This document shows, piece after piece, positions 41,876 to 51,240 of a DNA stretch of 64,000 nucleotides. A program made the translations under genes and the position numbers. The notes under the pieces were generated by a model. It ran no database searches. It saw nothing but the letters and a program-made list of their open reading frames with translations, and was not told where the DNA came from. The DNA lies in assembly GCA_044892525.1 (NCBI GenBank), contig CM097885.1:41294001-41358000 (forward strand), written 5' to 3'. The stretch's first letter is position 1. The number at the start of each line of letters is the position of its first letter. Source of the DNA: Schmidtea polychroa. Its lineage: Eukaryota.

Positions 41876-42592
41876 ATGACAACTGAAGAATCTTTAAAGG
41901 AATTAATAAATTCAAACAAGAGTAAATCAGTGGTGATTAATGGTAAAAAATACTTTATTGGAAAACATGTAAAAGAACAAGTTAAGAAGGCGCAAGCTAA
42001 GGGGTCTTCGACTAAGACTGGAGGTATTCTTCCATTAGCCGCTTTAATAACAGCAATCATTGCCGGCCTATCAGGCGTAGCTGGCATAGCTGGAGGAATT
42101 GCAACTACAGTTCAAAAAGCTAAAGAATCACAAAAGACAGACTTGGAAAAAGAAAAACTTCAAACTGAAATCGATTCACTGAAGAAGGGGACTCTGTCCG
42201 AAGGTCGTTCCTCCAAGGGCCAGGGGCTTTATCTCAATCCTTTTAAGGGGACTCGTTCCTCCAAGGGTAGGGGTCTATATCTCAATCCTTATGAAGGTCG
42301 AGGCTTAAATGATTTTTTAAAAAATCAAATTTTAAAAGATAAATCTTTATCATCAAAAGATAAAGATGATTTAAAAAAAATGTGTAAGTCTTTAAAGAAA
42401 GGATGTCTTTGTACTCCCCAGAAAAAGGGGACTGCGTCCGAAGGTCGTTCCTCCAAGGGTAAGGGTTTATATTTACAAGCTGTTGAGTCTGAAGAAGAAG
42501 AAGAAGAAGAAGAAGAAGAAGAAATGTCCGAAGGTCAATTGTCCGAAGGTCGAATGTCAGAAGGTCAAATGTCCGAAGGTCGAATATGGTAA
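41876..42592 (+). CDS. Putative virion core / membrane-active protein (adenovirus pX/pVI-like)
   Basis: TGG-ILPLAALITAIIAGL amphipathic segment after an adenain-like GG site; repeated GxGLYL(NP) motifs. ATG 41876 preferred over the upstream GTG. Function is inferred. Confidence 0.6.
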   Translation: MTTEESLKELINSNKSKSVVINGKKYFIGKHVKEQVKKAQAKGSSTKTGGILPLAALITAIIAGLSGVAGIAGGIATTVQKAKESQKTDLEKEKLQTEIDSLKKGTLSEGRSSKGQGLYLNPFKGTRSSKGRGLYLNPYEGRGLNDFLKNQILKDKSLSSKDKDDLKKMCKSLKKGCLCTPQKKGTASEGRSSKGKGLYLQAVESEEEEEEEEEEEMSEGQLSEGRMSEGQMSEGRIW

Positions 42593-42608
42593 ATTGATGA
42601 TATATAAA

Positions 42609-43400
42609 ATGGTATATGAAGAAAGATTAGCACTTTTAAAAAAATTACAATCAGAACAAGATAAATATAATATAAAAGATACGACTCAACACTCTCAATC
42701 TTTAGCATTAAATGCTACAATAACTCAACAACAACAACCGATAATTAAAGCCATAGAAGGTATCACCGAAGGTCCAAGGACTAAAGCTATAGAGAGTCCA
42801 AGGACTAAAGCCATAGAAGAAAAACTTTTGGGTGTAGAAGAAGCAAAACCTCTTAAAGTTGATCCTAAAATCCGAAAGGATTTATCTGATTCGATTAAAC
42901 CGACATTTATAATTACTCCTGAAGGATATCAGATTATAACAATTAATAAACAAAACTTTACTTTATATATAAACTCTGAAGGTAAATCACGTATTCGTTC
43001 TCAAAATGTTTATAATAATGAGTACCTAGACTTTGAATTTACAGATGATTTTTATGCATTAATTTGTGGATATTCTTCAGAGAATGTTGAAGAAATTAAA
43101 AAATATTTAAATTTTATAAAACTAATAGGTGGTAGTTCAAAAGCAAAATATATTCAAGATTTAAATAATTATATAAATAAAAATGAAAGGAATTATGTTG
43201 TTAAAGAGCCGAAGGAGGGACTCGGAACGATGACCTTCGGAATGGATCCAATCTCTAAGTTTATAGAATTGAGAAAAATATTAGCCGCTAAAAAAGCAGG
43301 ACATAATAATTTAAATCCTGATATTTTAAAGATTTCAAAAGATTTATTCTCTCAAGGAATGCTTTCAAAACGTAAATTTAAAAAATATACAAAGTTATAA
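42609..43400 (+). CDS. Polinton uncharacterised protein
   Basis: Long ORF; its C-terminal DP...ELRKILAAKKAGHNN....I..DL..QG resembles a motif I recall from Polinton ORFs (not searched). ATG 42609 sits in TATAAAATG. Confidence 0.6.
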   Translation: MVYEERLALLKKLQSEQDKYNIKDTTQHSQSLALNATITQQQQPIIKAIEGITEGPRTKAIESPRTKAIEEKLLGVEEAKPLKVDPKIRKDLSDSIKPTFIITPEGYQIITINKQNFTLYINSEGKSRIRSQNVYNNEYLDFEFTDDFYALICGYSSENVEEIKKYLNFIKLIGGSSKAKYIQDLNNYINKNERNYVVKEPKEGLGTMTFGMDPISKFIELRKILAAKKAGHNNLNPDILKISKDLFSQGMLSKRKFKKYTKL

Positions 43401-43407
43401 ATATAAA

Positions 43408-43904
43408 ATGACTACTCCGGGGGTATTGGATTTTTTAAAAACATTCGGAGTAAATGCAAAAACAAATTTCGATTTAAAAGATCATGCAGATTATTTAAAT
43501 TTAAAAATAAAAATATTAATGAATGATGAATTATCGAAGATCAAAGGCATGGGTTTGAAGGTCCGAAGGTCCGAAGGTCAAATAAGAATATAATAATAAA
43601 CTATCAAAATTCAAATCAAAAAGGATCTCATTGGGTTTGTATATATGGGGGACCTTCGGACATGGACGAAGTCCAACTATACTTTGATTCTTTTGGGATT
43701 AAACCCACTAAAGAAGTAGAAGAATATCTCTCGAAGAGTTCCTCGAAGAGTTCCTACACCTTTAATTCTTTACAAGTTCAACCTAATAATACTGAAATAT
43801 GTGGGGTTTTAAGTTTATATGTTTTGTATAGATTGAATGCCGGGACTTCATCCTTTAAATCTATAATCCGTGAAATTTATAAAGATCTAAAACCTCTATT
43901 GTGA
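43408..43904 (+). pseudogene. Adenain-like cysteine (maturation) protease, frameshifted
   Basis: IIINYQNSNQKGSHWVC, YFDSFG and QVQ..NTEICG give the His/Asp/Gln/Cys set. Removing one 8-bp GAAGGTCC unit at 43557-43580 restores a single frame. Confidence 0.9.
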
Positions 43905-43921
43905 AAAAAATATATTATAAA

Positions 43922-44546
43922 ATGGAGGGTGATTTTAAAAAAATGGTAAATATAATGTCGAGTAAATATTCAAGAAGTTTATTAATAAATTCAAAAGAAT
44001 CAGATTTTACTATAAACTTTGAAGATTCAATAAATTTAGATCAAGATTTAAATTATGAACTAGGACTCTTGTGGTTCCGAATCCCAAAATTATAACAATC
44101 GAACCAGGATCATATGAAATAACAGATTTGGCTAAAGCAATTCTAAAAGAAACAAATGGAGCTATAGAAATAAAAATAGATGTTCAAACTTCAAAATATA
44201 TTGCAACTTTAAAAGATATTCAACTTCAGATTACTGCTTCTAGTTTCCTTCATACTATTTTAGGTTTTGAAGCCAGAGTACATCCAGAACTAACAACAAG
44301 AAATATTAAATCTAAAAATATTATACAAATAACAAATATAAATTCTATAAATATAGAGTGTGATTGTATAACAGGTTCATATAATAATGGTAAACATGCA
44401 AATATTTTATATTCCTTTCCATCTAATACTGTTCGAGTTGGGTATAAAATAATTGAAAGAATGAATCCCCCAAATTATTACATGGAAAGCTAATTGACTT
44501 TAATGGTGAAATGATTACAATGTATTTACATTTGAAACAAGTCTAG
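43922..44546 (+). pseudogene. Minor capsid protein (penton), frameshifted and partly deleted
   Basis: SDFTINF...INL....YELGL; ITIEPGSYEI; ILGF; INIECDCITGSY.NG....ILYSF; C-terminal GKLIDFNGEMITMYLHLKQ after a second frameshift. Confidence 0.82.
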
Positions 44547-44566
44547 ATTACTTTATTACTATAAAA

Positions 44567-45559
44567 ATGAGTGTTAATAAGTTTGGGTTGTACAATGAAG
44601 GACTAAAAGATGAAGATGTTATAAACCTTACAGAAAAGAGATTTGTAAATGAAAAAGGAGATTCAATGAAGGGGGATTTAAATTTAAATGCTCACAAGAT
44701 AAAAGATTTAGGTCCTCCGATTGATGATTTTGATGCTGTTAATAAAAAGCATATAGATAAAAGAATTAATAGAATATATAATCGAATAGATGGGATGGCT
44801 ACATCATTTCATGAAAGAATTAAGTATAATAATGAAATGATTAGAAAATTAGAAAGACAATTAAATGAAGAAGCCTTAAAGATAGCCAAAGAAACTCAAA
44901 GGTTAACTGATACAATAGCAATGTTAAAAAATAAAAGACTTATGCATAAAAAGCTTATGGATGATAGAATTAATACAATATATAATATAATAAATGAGAT
45001 GATTGCATCATTTAATGCAAGACTTGTTAAATTAGAGTCTCATACAACACATGTTGATAAATCACACACTATTAGAAAAAGAGCTGTTGAATTAGAACAG
45101 AATAAAACTTTATTACCCCATACATATAAACATTTTATAGAACCAACTTTTATAACAACAAGTAGTAAAGAATGGTCTTGTTTTATGGTTGTAAAGATTA
45201 TTAATCCTTATTTCTTTTTATTTAATGATGATGGTGAAACAATGAAATGGTTTGTAAAATGTGATTATAATATTATGTTTGAAAAGAATGAAGTTATAAT
45301 AACTGGTTATGATTTACCACATGGACATTGGCATGATAATACTGATTCACATAAAACACATAAAGTTAAAAGTAAGAATATTATTTTTAAAAGCACACTT
45401 GTAAGTTATATAGATTTTATATTTTATAATAATAAGGTTGATGTTAATCAAGTTCGTAATGCGTTGAGAGAATTGTATAAAGACATTCTCTCAACACGAA
45501 CTTCTTATAATATGCGAGCGTTGATACCAGATAATAGAGTCTTATTTTTTAAGTATTAA
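44567..45559 (+). CDS. Putative fibre / receptor-binding protein
   Basis: GDSMKGDLNLNAHKIKDLGPP...DAVNKKHID resembles tail-fibre/adhesin neck repeats; it is followed by an internally repeated coiled coil and a beta-rich C-terminus, and lies next to the penton gene. Confidence 0.55.
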   Translation: MSVNKFGLYNEGLKDEDVINLTEKRFVNEKGDSMKGDLNLNAHKIKDLGPPIDDFDAVNKKHIDKRINRIYNRIDGMATSFHERIKYNNEMIRKLERQLNEEALKIAKETQRLTDTIAMLKNKRLMHKKLMDDRINTIYNIINEMIASFNARLVKLESHTTHVDKSHTIRKRAVELEQNKTLLPHTYKHFIEPTFITTSSKEWSCFMVVKIINPYFFLFNDDGETMKWFVKCDYNIMFEKNEVIITGYDLPHGHWHDNTDSHKTHKVKSKNIIFKSTLVSYIDFIFYNNKVDVNQVRNALRELYKDILSTRTSYNMRALIPDNRVLFFKY

Positions 45560-45560
45560 A

Positions 45561-46190
45561 ATGGAAACAACACAAAGCCTAGAGGGACTTCGTCCAGAGG
45601 GACTATGGCCTGTTCCGAAGGTCTATCCAGTATTGACCCCGAAGGTCGTTCCGAATGCTCCTACAGAACTTGAAGTCATGAGAGTAAAAGAATTTAAATC
45701 AGAGACTTTACATTTAAAGGACTTGCTTCGTCATTATAAAAAAATTAAAAAAAGATGGAATAAAGGGAATACAGCTTTAAAGATTATAGGTTACTCCTTG
45801 GGATTTACATCTGCAATACTTACAATTGTTTTACCTATAACACTACCCGCTATTACTCTTGCACCCATAATCCTTGGAAGTATTTCTGTTGCAGATTCTT
45901 TCTTGACTGAAATAGTTTCTTTATCCTATACTTCAAAAAAGAAAAGCTTATATCGTGAAGTTTGTCTGGCAATAGACTTGGGGATATCAAAATTATTTTT
46001 ATTTCAGACGAAAGCCATGGAGGATGGAATTCTTACAGATGAAGAAATAATAAAATCAAATCAAATAATCCAAGATATTAAAAATGAAGTTATAAAGTTG
46101 AAATCTTCAAGTGCCAAGACTGATAAATATTCTAACAAGGAATACCGAGAGAAATGGCTCCAGAATGGTCTGTACCAGGGGACTTCGTAA
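45561..46190 (+). CDS. Predicted two-TM membrane protein (209 aa)
   Basis: Basic helix, hydrophobic hairpin IIGYSLGFTSAILTIVLP...LAPIILGSISVA, then a helical tail with DGILTDEE. Confidence 0.65.
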   Translation: METTQSLEGLRPEGLWPVPKVYPVLTPKVVPNAPTELEVMRVKEFKSETLHLKDLLRHYKKIKKRWNKGNTALKIIGYSLGFTSAILTIVLPITLPAITLAPIILGSISVADSFLTEIVSLSYTSKKKSLYREVCLAIDLGISKLFLFQTKAMEDGILTDEEIIKSNQIIQDIKNEVIKLKSSSAKTDKYSNKEYREKWLQNGLYQGTS

Positions 46191-46239
46191 AGACTTCGAC
46201 GTAAAGACTTTGTAAGACTGTATAATTTTTAATTTAAAA

Positions 46240-46521
46240 ATGAATTCAAGATTGAATGATTTTAGAAGTTTATCACTTGAGGATAAAATTAGAATAGGTG
46301 AAAAGTGTTACATCTTTTATCTTGTAAGAATTATGACGAAGTCTCCGACTATGACGAAGTCTCCGACTATGACGAAGGATCTTTTAAATAAAATAACTAA
46401 ATTTAAATCTTTAAGCATACAAGACCAAATTGGAAGAGGAGAATATTATTTTGTCTTATTCCCTCAACTAGACGAAGTCTCTCGACTATTTTCATTTTTT
46501 AAAAAATGGATGGCTTTATAA
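46240..46521 (+). CDS. Small ORF with an internal duplication
   Basis: FRSLSLEDKIRIGEKCY vs FKSLSIQDQIGRGEYY, separated by an 18-bp tandem repeat (MTKSPT). Confidence 0.55.
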   Translation: MNSRLNDFRSLSLEDKIRIGEKCYIFYLVRIMTKSPTMTKSPTMTKDLLNKITKFKSLSIQDQIGRGEYYFVLFPQLDEVSRLFSFFKKWMAL

Positions 46522-46835
46522 AAATAATTGAGCAGCTTTCAATGATTGACCCTTTAATTTTAAACAAGATTCAACAAAAAGAGAAGGCTTTTGAATTTCC
46601 AAGACTAAAGAGTGAAAACCCTAAAATGAATCAAAGTGAGATTTGTAAAATAATTGGGACTTCAGATTCTACAATGAGAAGAATTAGAAAAGATTTAGGA
46701 ATTGTCTCTCCCTATAGGCATACAGGTAAAAAGAAAACAAGGGTGTTTATTGTAAGAATTGTTCTAATGTACTTGATAAAAACCATCAATGCGTCAAGTC
46801 TAAAAAGTATCAAAGGCAAAAGAAAGATCCTTTAG
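46506..46835 (+). CDS. Small helix-turn-helix protein
   Basis: NPKMNQSEICKIIGTSDSTMRRIRKDLG fits an HTH pattern; the C-terminus may be frameshifted. Confidence 0.65.
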   Translation: MDGFIKIIEQLSMIDPLILNKIQQKEKAFEFPRLKSENPKMNQSEICKIIGTSDSTMRRIRKDLGIVSPYRHTGKKKTRVFIVRIVLMYLIKTINASSLKSIKGKRKIL

Positions 46836-46932
46836 CCTCCGGAACAGAAGTCTCTACGACCTTCGGGACAGATGTTGAAGATATTTTAGATCAAGAATCT
46901 TCAAGCAAAATGATATTTAAAAGCTTTAATAA

Positions 46933-47232
46933 ATGAACGGAGTTCCACATGAACGTGTTTTAAACCTGATAAAAAGCAATCCCATCATTAAAAAGGAATC
47001 AAGTATTGCATTAGAAGAATATAATGAGAAATCCCCAGAAGATAAAGCCCTGCAAGCCGCGCAACTTGCTATTCGGGAGCCTGTTCTTCTCTGGATTATA
47101 AATGATATCGAGCTTGAAAGAGATCGTTTAAAATATGAGTTGATGAGAATTCATAAAGAGATTAAAACCAGAAAGACTTTAGCCAAGGCAAACCGAGAGA
47201 AAATAAAAGAGAAAATAGAAAAGATGTTATAA
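46933..47232 (+). CDS. Small basic coiled-coil ORF (99 aa)
   Basis: ORF track; TAAATG start context. Confidence 0.55.
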   Translation: MNGVPHERVLNLIKSNPIIKKESSIALEEYNEKSPEDKALQAAQLAIREPVLLWIINDIELERDRLKYELMRIHKEIKTRKTLAKANREKIKEKIEKML

Positions 47233-47374
47233 CTATAAAAGTAAAAATTTTTATTATTGAAACAGATGGTTTACTTTTTAATCTATGCAAAGCTTTAATA
47301 ATATCAATCAATACTTTGTCATCTGTTAAGGACTTTAAGTTTTCAAAAATTGATTTTAAGGGTACTTCAGTCAT
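47162..47374 (-). CDS. Small hypothetical ORF downstream of pPolB
   Basis: Starts in the element-typical TATAAAATG context; its 3' part overlaps the opposite-strand ORF. Confidence 0.4.
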   Translation of the reverse strand: MTEVPLKSIFENLKSLTDDKVLIDIIKALHRLKSKPSVSIIKIFTFIVITSFLFSLLFSLGLPWLKSFWF

Positions 47375-47401
47375 TTTATAATTTATTTTTTAAACTTTCA
47401 G

Positions 47402-50400
47402 TCATTGATGACTGTTGATATCTTTTAATCTCCAGTCTATGATCTTCAAATTCTTTTTCTGATAGGTTTTGAATGTAATCGGGGTCAAATATTTAATGTT
47501 TATATTTTCAAGTTTAGCTAATTGCACATCCGTGAAGTTTGTAGCATACAAGTCATTTAATCTTGATAGGTTTTTTATTATTGGGATTAAATTATTCCCG
47601 ATTGGAAGTGTTGTTTTCAAATCACTCAGTATACAGCGTTTATCATCATAATTTGATATTGCAACTTTATTTGATTCTTCTAAGTACATGTCATGCCTCT
47701 CGGATTTAAGTTGATGAACTTCAACTATTTTATCTACATAGTTTTTATTTAGAGCGTCTTTATAGTCTTGATGTGTTAGTCTTTTCGATATACATTTTTG
47801 TATTCCTTTACTTTTGTTTTCCTTAAAGACTTTATCGTTGTCAAATACTACTACTACTGGTACCGAATATGTTTGATCATCGATCTTAATTGAATGGGTT
47901 TCAATCCTTCCCGCTTCAACCGTTTCCAGCGAATATTGTTTAGACCTAATAAATACAGCACTAGTTATTGGAGTATTAGGCTTTTCATCCTTGAAGACGA
48001 ATAAATCCCCAGTTGAATTTATTACCGTGCTTAGGCTTTTATTTGCAGCTATTTCCTCTTTTAAGCTTGGGAAGTCTATAATGTTTTCTACTTTTAAAAA
48101 CATACTGTCGGTATCCATTGCGTGCATTGATAGTCTATTAGGTCCAAAATATGGTAGTAGTTTATCATAATAGGTTTCATACATTTGCAGTTTTGATAAT
48201 TCTAAAACAGTGAAGCCTATAAAGATTGGTTTGTTATAAGTCTTGACATTATTTTTCAGTTCAATGGCCACAAGGTTCTCGGAGAATACTTCTGCATTTT
48301 TGAATGTAGGTTTCCCAATCATTCGATTATACCTCTTGATATCCTTTGGAGTATTTGCTAATAATTCTACATGTGTATATTTGTCAACATTTTCCATTGT
48401 CTTTCCAAAGACTGAATTATTTGAAAGCTTATAAATCATATCGAAGTTAGCGTTTCCCATTCTTTTTGCCTCTTTCCTTTTGGCGATATTTCCCATTATA
48501 AAGGGTTTCATGAATGCAGTTTGTCTAAACTTTATGATTGAATGTACAGTTTTTAAAACCATTCCATGTGAAAGATAAAATTGTAACAGTCGATAGTGAC
48601 AAAGGTAATAACTCTTATCAGTTTGGTCACATAAAAGCTTTACAGTTGTCGGTCGATCTTGTTCAATCTGCCAAGGTAAAAGTTCATTTGGATCTATTTT
48701 TCTTTTCACAGGTGCAAATGGAAAATATCTAGTTGAAGATTTTATTTCATCAGGGTATTCTAGATCACACTCTATAACATATCCTATTTCTGAATCCTTT
48801 TTAGTTGATAATATTTCTGTCATAAGCTCTGGGACAGGAGGAACATATTCAAAAACCATCAATTGGTAAAGGTTGAGCCATTGATCCTGAATATAGGGCA
48901 TTTGCATCTATGTAGAGAATCTCTGATGGATTATTTAAACCTTCCATTATTAAATTTAAATCCTCTTCTGTTTTTATTTCTACACCACATGCTTCAGGAT
49001 CTTCACTAAAGAATTTCTTGTATAGAGTTGTAAAGTTGTTTGCAGTGATTTCTCGATCCCCCATCACAGAGCTAATACCCCCACGAATATTTTCTTTAAA
49101 TAGATTAAACATATCGATTTCAGTTAATAGTTCTATGGACGCAGTCCCAGAGGGTCCTGTCCCAGAAGAGCCTGTCCCAGAGCTCTGAAAGGACTCCGTC
49201 CGAGAGGACTCCGTTGTCCGCATTGTATATAATAAACAGTCCCAAGATAAAGATGGAAAAGATATATAATTATAAGGCTTTAATTCAAATGCCTTGCAAA
49301 AATTCTCGAAACAATCTGCTAGGATATAAACATCAAGGGATAAATACATGTCAGTATATTCCCCCATATTTTTACATTTGAAAAGTTCCCACATTTTATT
49401 CCCTCGGGCATATTCTTGATCACTTATATCCATTTGATTTAATATTGAAAAAAACAAGTCTTGAGGAGGTAAAGATGTTTCATTATATCTATCAAAGGAG
49501 TCGATGTAATCATAAGGATAGATTCCTTTTGCCAAACAGGTTTTATATTCCTCCTGGGGGATATTATTTTTTACTAATACTCTTTCTATTGTATGGGTGA
49601 AGTCTTCAGGTTTCATGGTTTTTGCTATTGCATCTAGTGACATTCCTATAAAGTTTAGAGAATCTATAAATTTTAAACTCCCATATTGCACACATTTATA
49701 TTTTTCCTTTATCAGTCCTATAACCTTGAAGGAGTTTTTATGGAATACAACTGGGATAAATCCAGGTCTTTTACAAATTAAGTTGCAATCCCTATGGGCT
49801 GCTCCCCTATAATTATTTTCTTTTTTAAAGTGGTCATGGTCAGGGACTTTTATGTTTGCATGAAATAATATTTCCTCTTCTTCCTCGACATTCAAACCCT
49901 CAAGACTTGGAGGATTAAATCCTTGTTTGCACATCCAGCAAGTTGTGCAGTCTTTATATTCCCCCCATTGTTGGTCTGAAAAGTTTATAGGGAAGTTTGT
50001 TTTTAATTTTTTAAAGATTTTATGTTCTAAATCATTTATGGTTTTAGTGAAATGATCTAGGGTTTCTTCCTCTGAGGATCCTCTAAATGAATATTCTTCT
50101 GATTTAATAATCTCAGGGTAATTACTTTTAAAAAATAGTTTATAAGCCGATGCCACTTGTTTTGTAAGTTTTACAGTGTAGGATTTATTATTTAATTTTA
50201 AAAGATCTTTCATATCCTCCCATTTTGAAGATTTTAAAGAATCCAATAGATTATTTTTTTCTATTAATTTCAAATATTCCTGGTTTAGATCCTGTTTTAT
50301 ATTTATACCTTCAAAGTCACCATATATCACACCTAAGGTTTCTAGTAGGTTTGAAAAGTTTTTAAAATACATCTTTGCGTTTACAGGTAAAGGCATTTTA

Positions 50401-51239
50401 ATTAAAGCCGGCAAGTTCTTACAACATAATCTTTCATGTTTAAATGCTGCAATGTCTGAAACCGAATAATGAAGACATCTTTTACAAGTTATTCCCCCTC
50501 TAACTTCTGTATTCGATCTCATAAAAGCTTGAAAGTTTTTTATGAGGATATAGTGTTGTTTTCTTTCTTCTTCTTGAGATTCTTCTTCAGACATTTGACC
50601 TTCGGACTCTTCTTCTGAAATATCTTCCCTATCTTGGTCACTATCTGAAATGTATATTGGAATGATGTTTTTCTTAAAATCATCATGATTATGGTACATG
50701 TATTCATAAATATTAATTTTGAGATTATTTAGACTTTCAAATTTTGGTACATCACAGATTTTCATTGGATGTTTAAAATCTTTTGGATATAACAATTCAT
50801 TCTCATAAGGTTTGTATTTTGATACTCTTTGGGGGTTTGTAGCTTGAGGATGTAAATATGCAAGGATCGCCCATTGAAAACATTTATTATCACTATTTTC
50901 TACATTTACAACACAATTTGATCTAAAAGGTGTTGGAATGTATGATTTAGGGTTAGGGGGTGCCCCTCTCCAATATATAATTTGCATATTTTGAAAGGAG
51001 TGAAATCTTAAATCCGATTCCCCTAATTCCTGTTCCGCTTGTTCTTGTTGTGCTTGAGCTTCTTTAGTTATTTCTTTCATAATTTTATTAATCCCTTTGG
51101 TTGAATGTAAATATTTATATGGTGTTTCAATATCAGAAATTAAAGGAACTGTGTTTGCTTCTTCCCCCCTCCAATATCTTGCCTGGATTATAATTTTATA
51201 TTTTATCACATTAAATCTCGATTTTCCAAATTTATTCAA
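47402..51239 (-). pseudogene. Protein-primed family B DNA polymerase with an N-terminal OTU-like protease region and an endonuclease VII-like insert; 1-nt frameshift at 48851-48855
   Basis: DNKCFQWA...HYILIK; ExoI IYGDFE; C..C...DHDH....YRGAAH..CN; KGIYPYDY; YIDANALY; KLSNNSVFGKT; DTDS; RSKQY; YDDKR. Removing one T from GGTTTTTGAA joins the two ORFs. Confidence 0.95.
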
Positions 51240-51240
51240 A

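Noticed and set aside
42483..42608. Lys/Cys-rich N-terminus (CPKV repeats) of the 305-aa ORF as a metal-binding domain
   Set aside because: It is an alternative-frame reading of the (GAA)n and 15-bp repeats in the upstream gene; the likely start is ATG 42609.
42190..46870. Short repeats as a CRISPR-like array
   Set aside because: No constant repeat with regular unique spacers, no cas genes, eukaryotic context.
48849..48907. Programmed ribosomal frameshift in PolB
   Set aside because: A single extra base in a homopolymer explains it (mutation or assembly error); no clear slippery heptamer plus structure seen.
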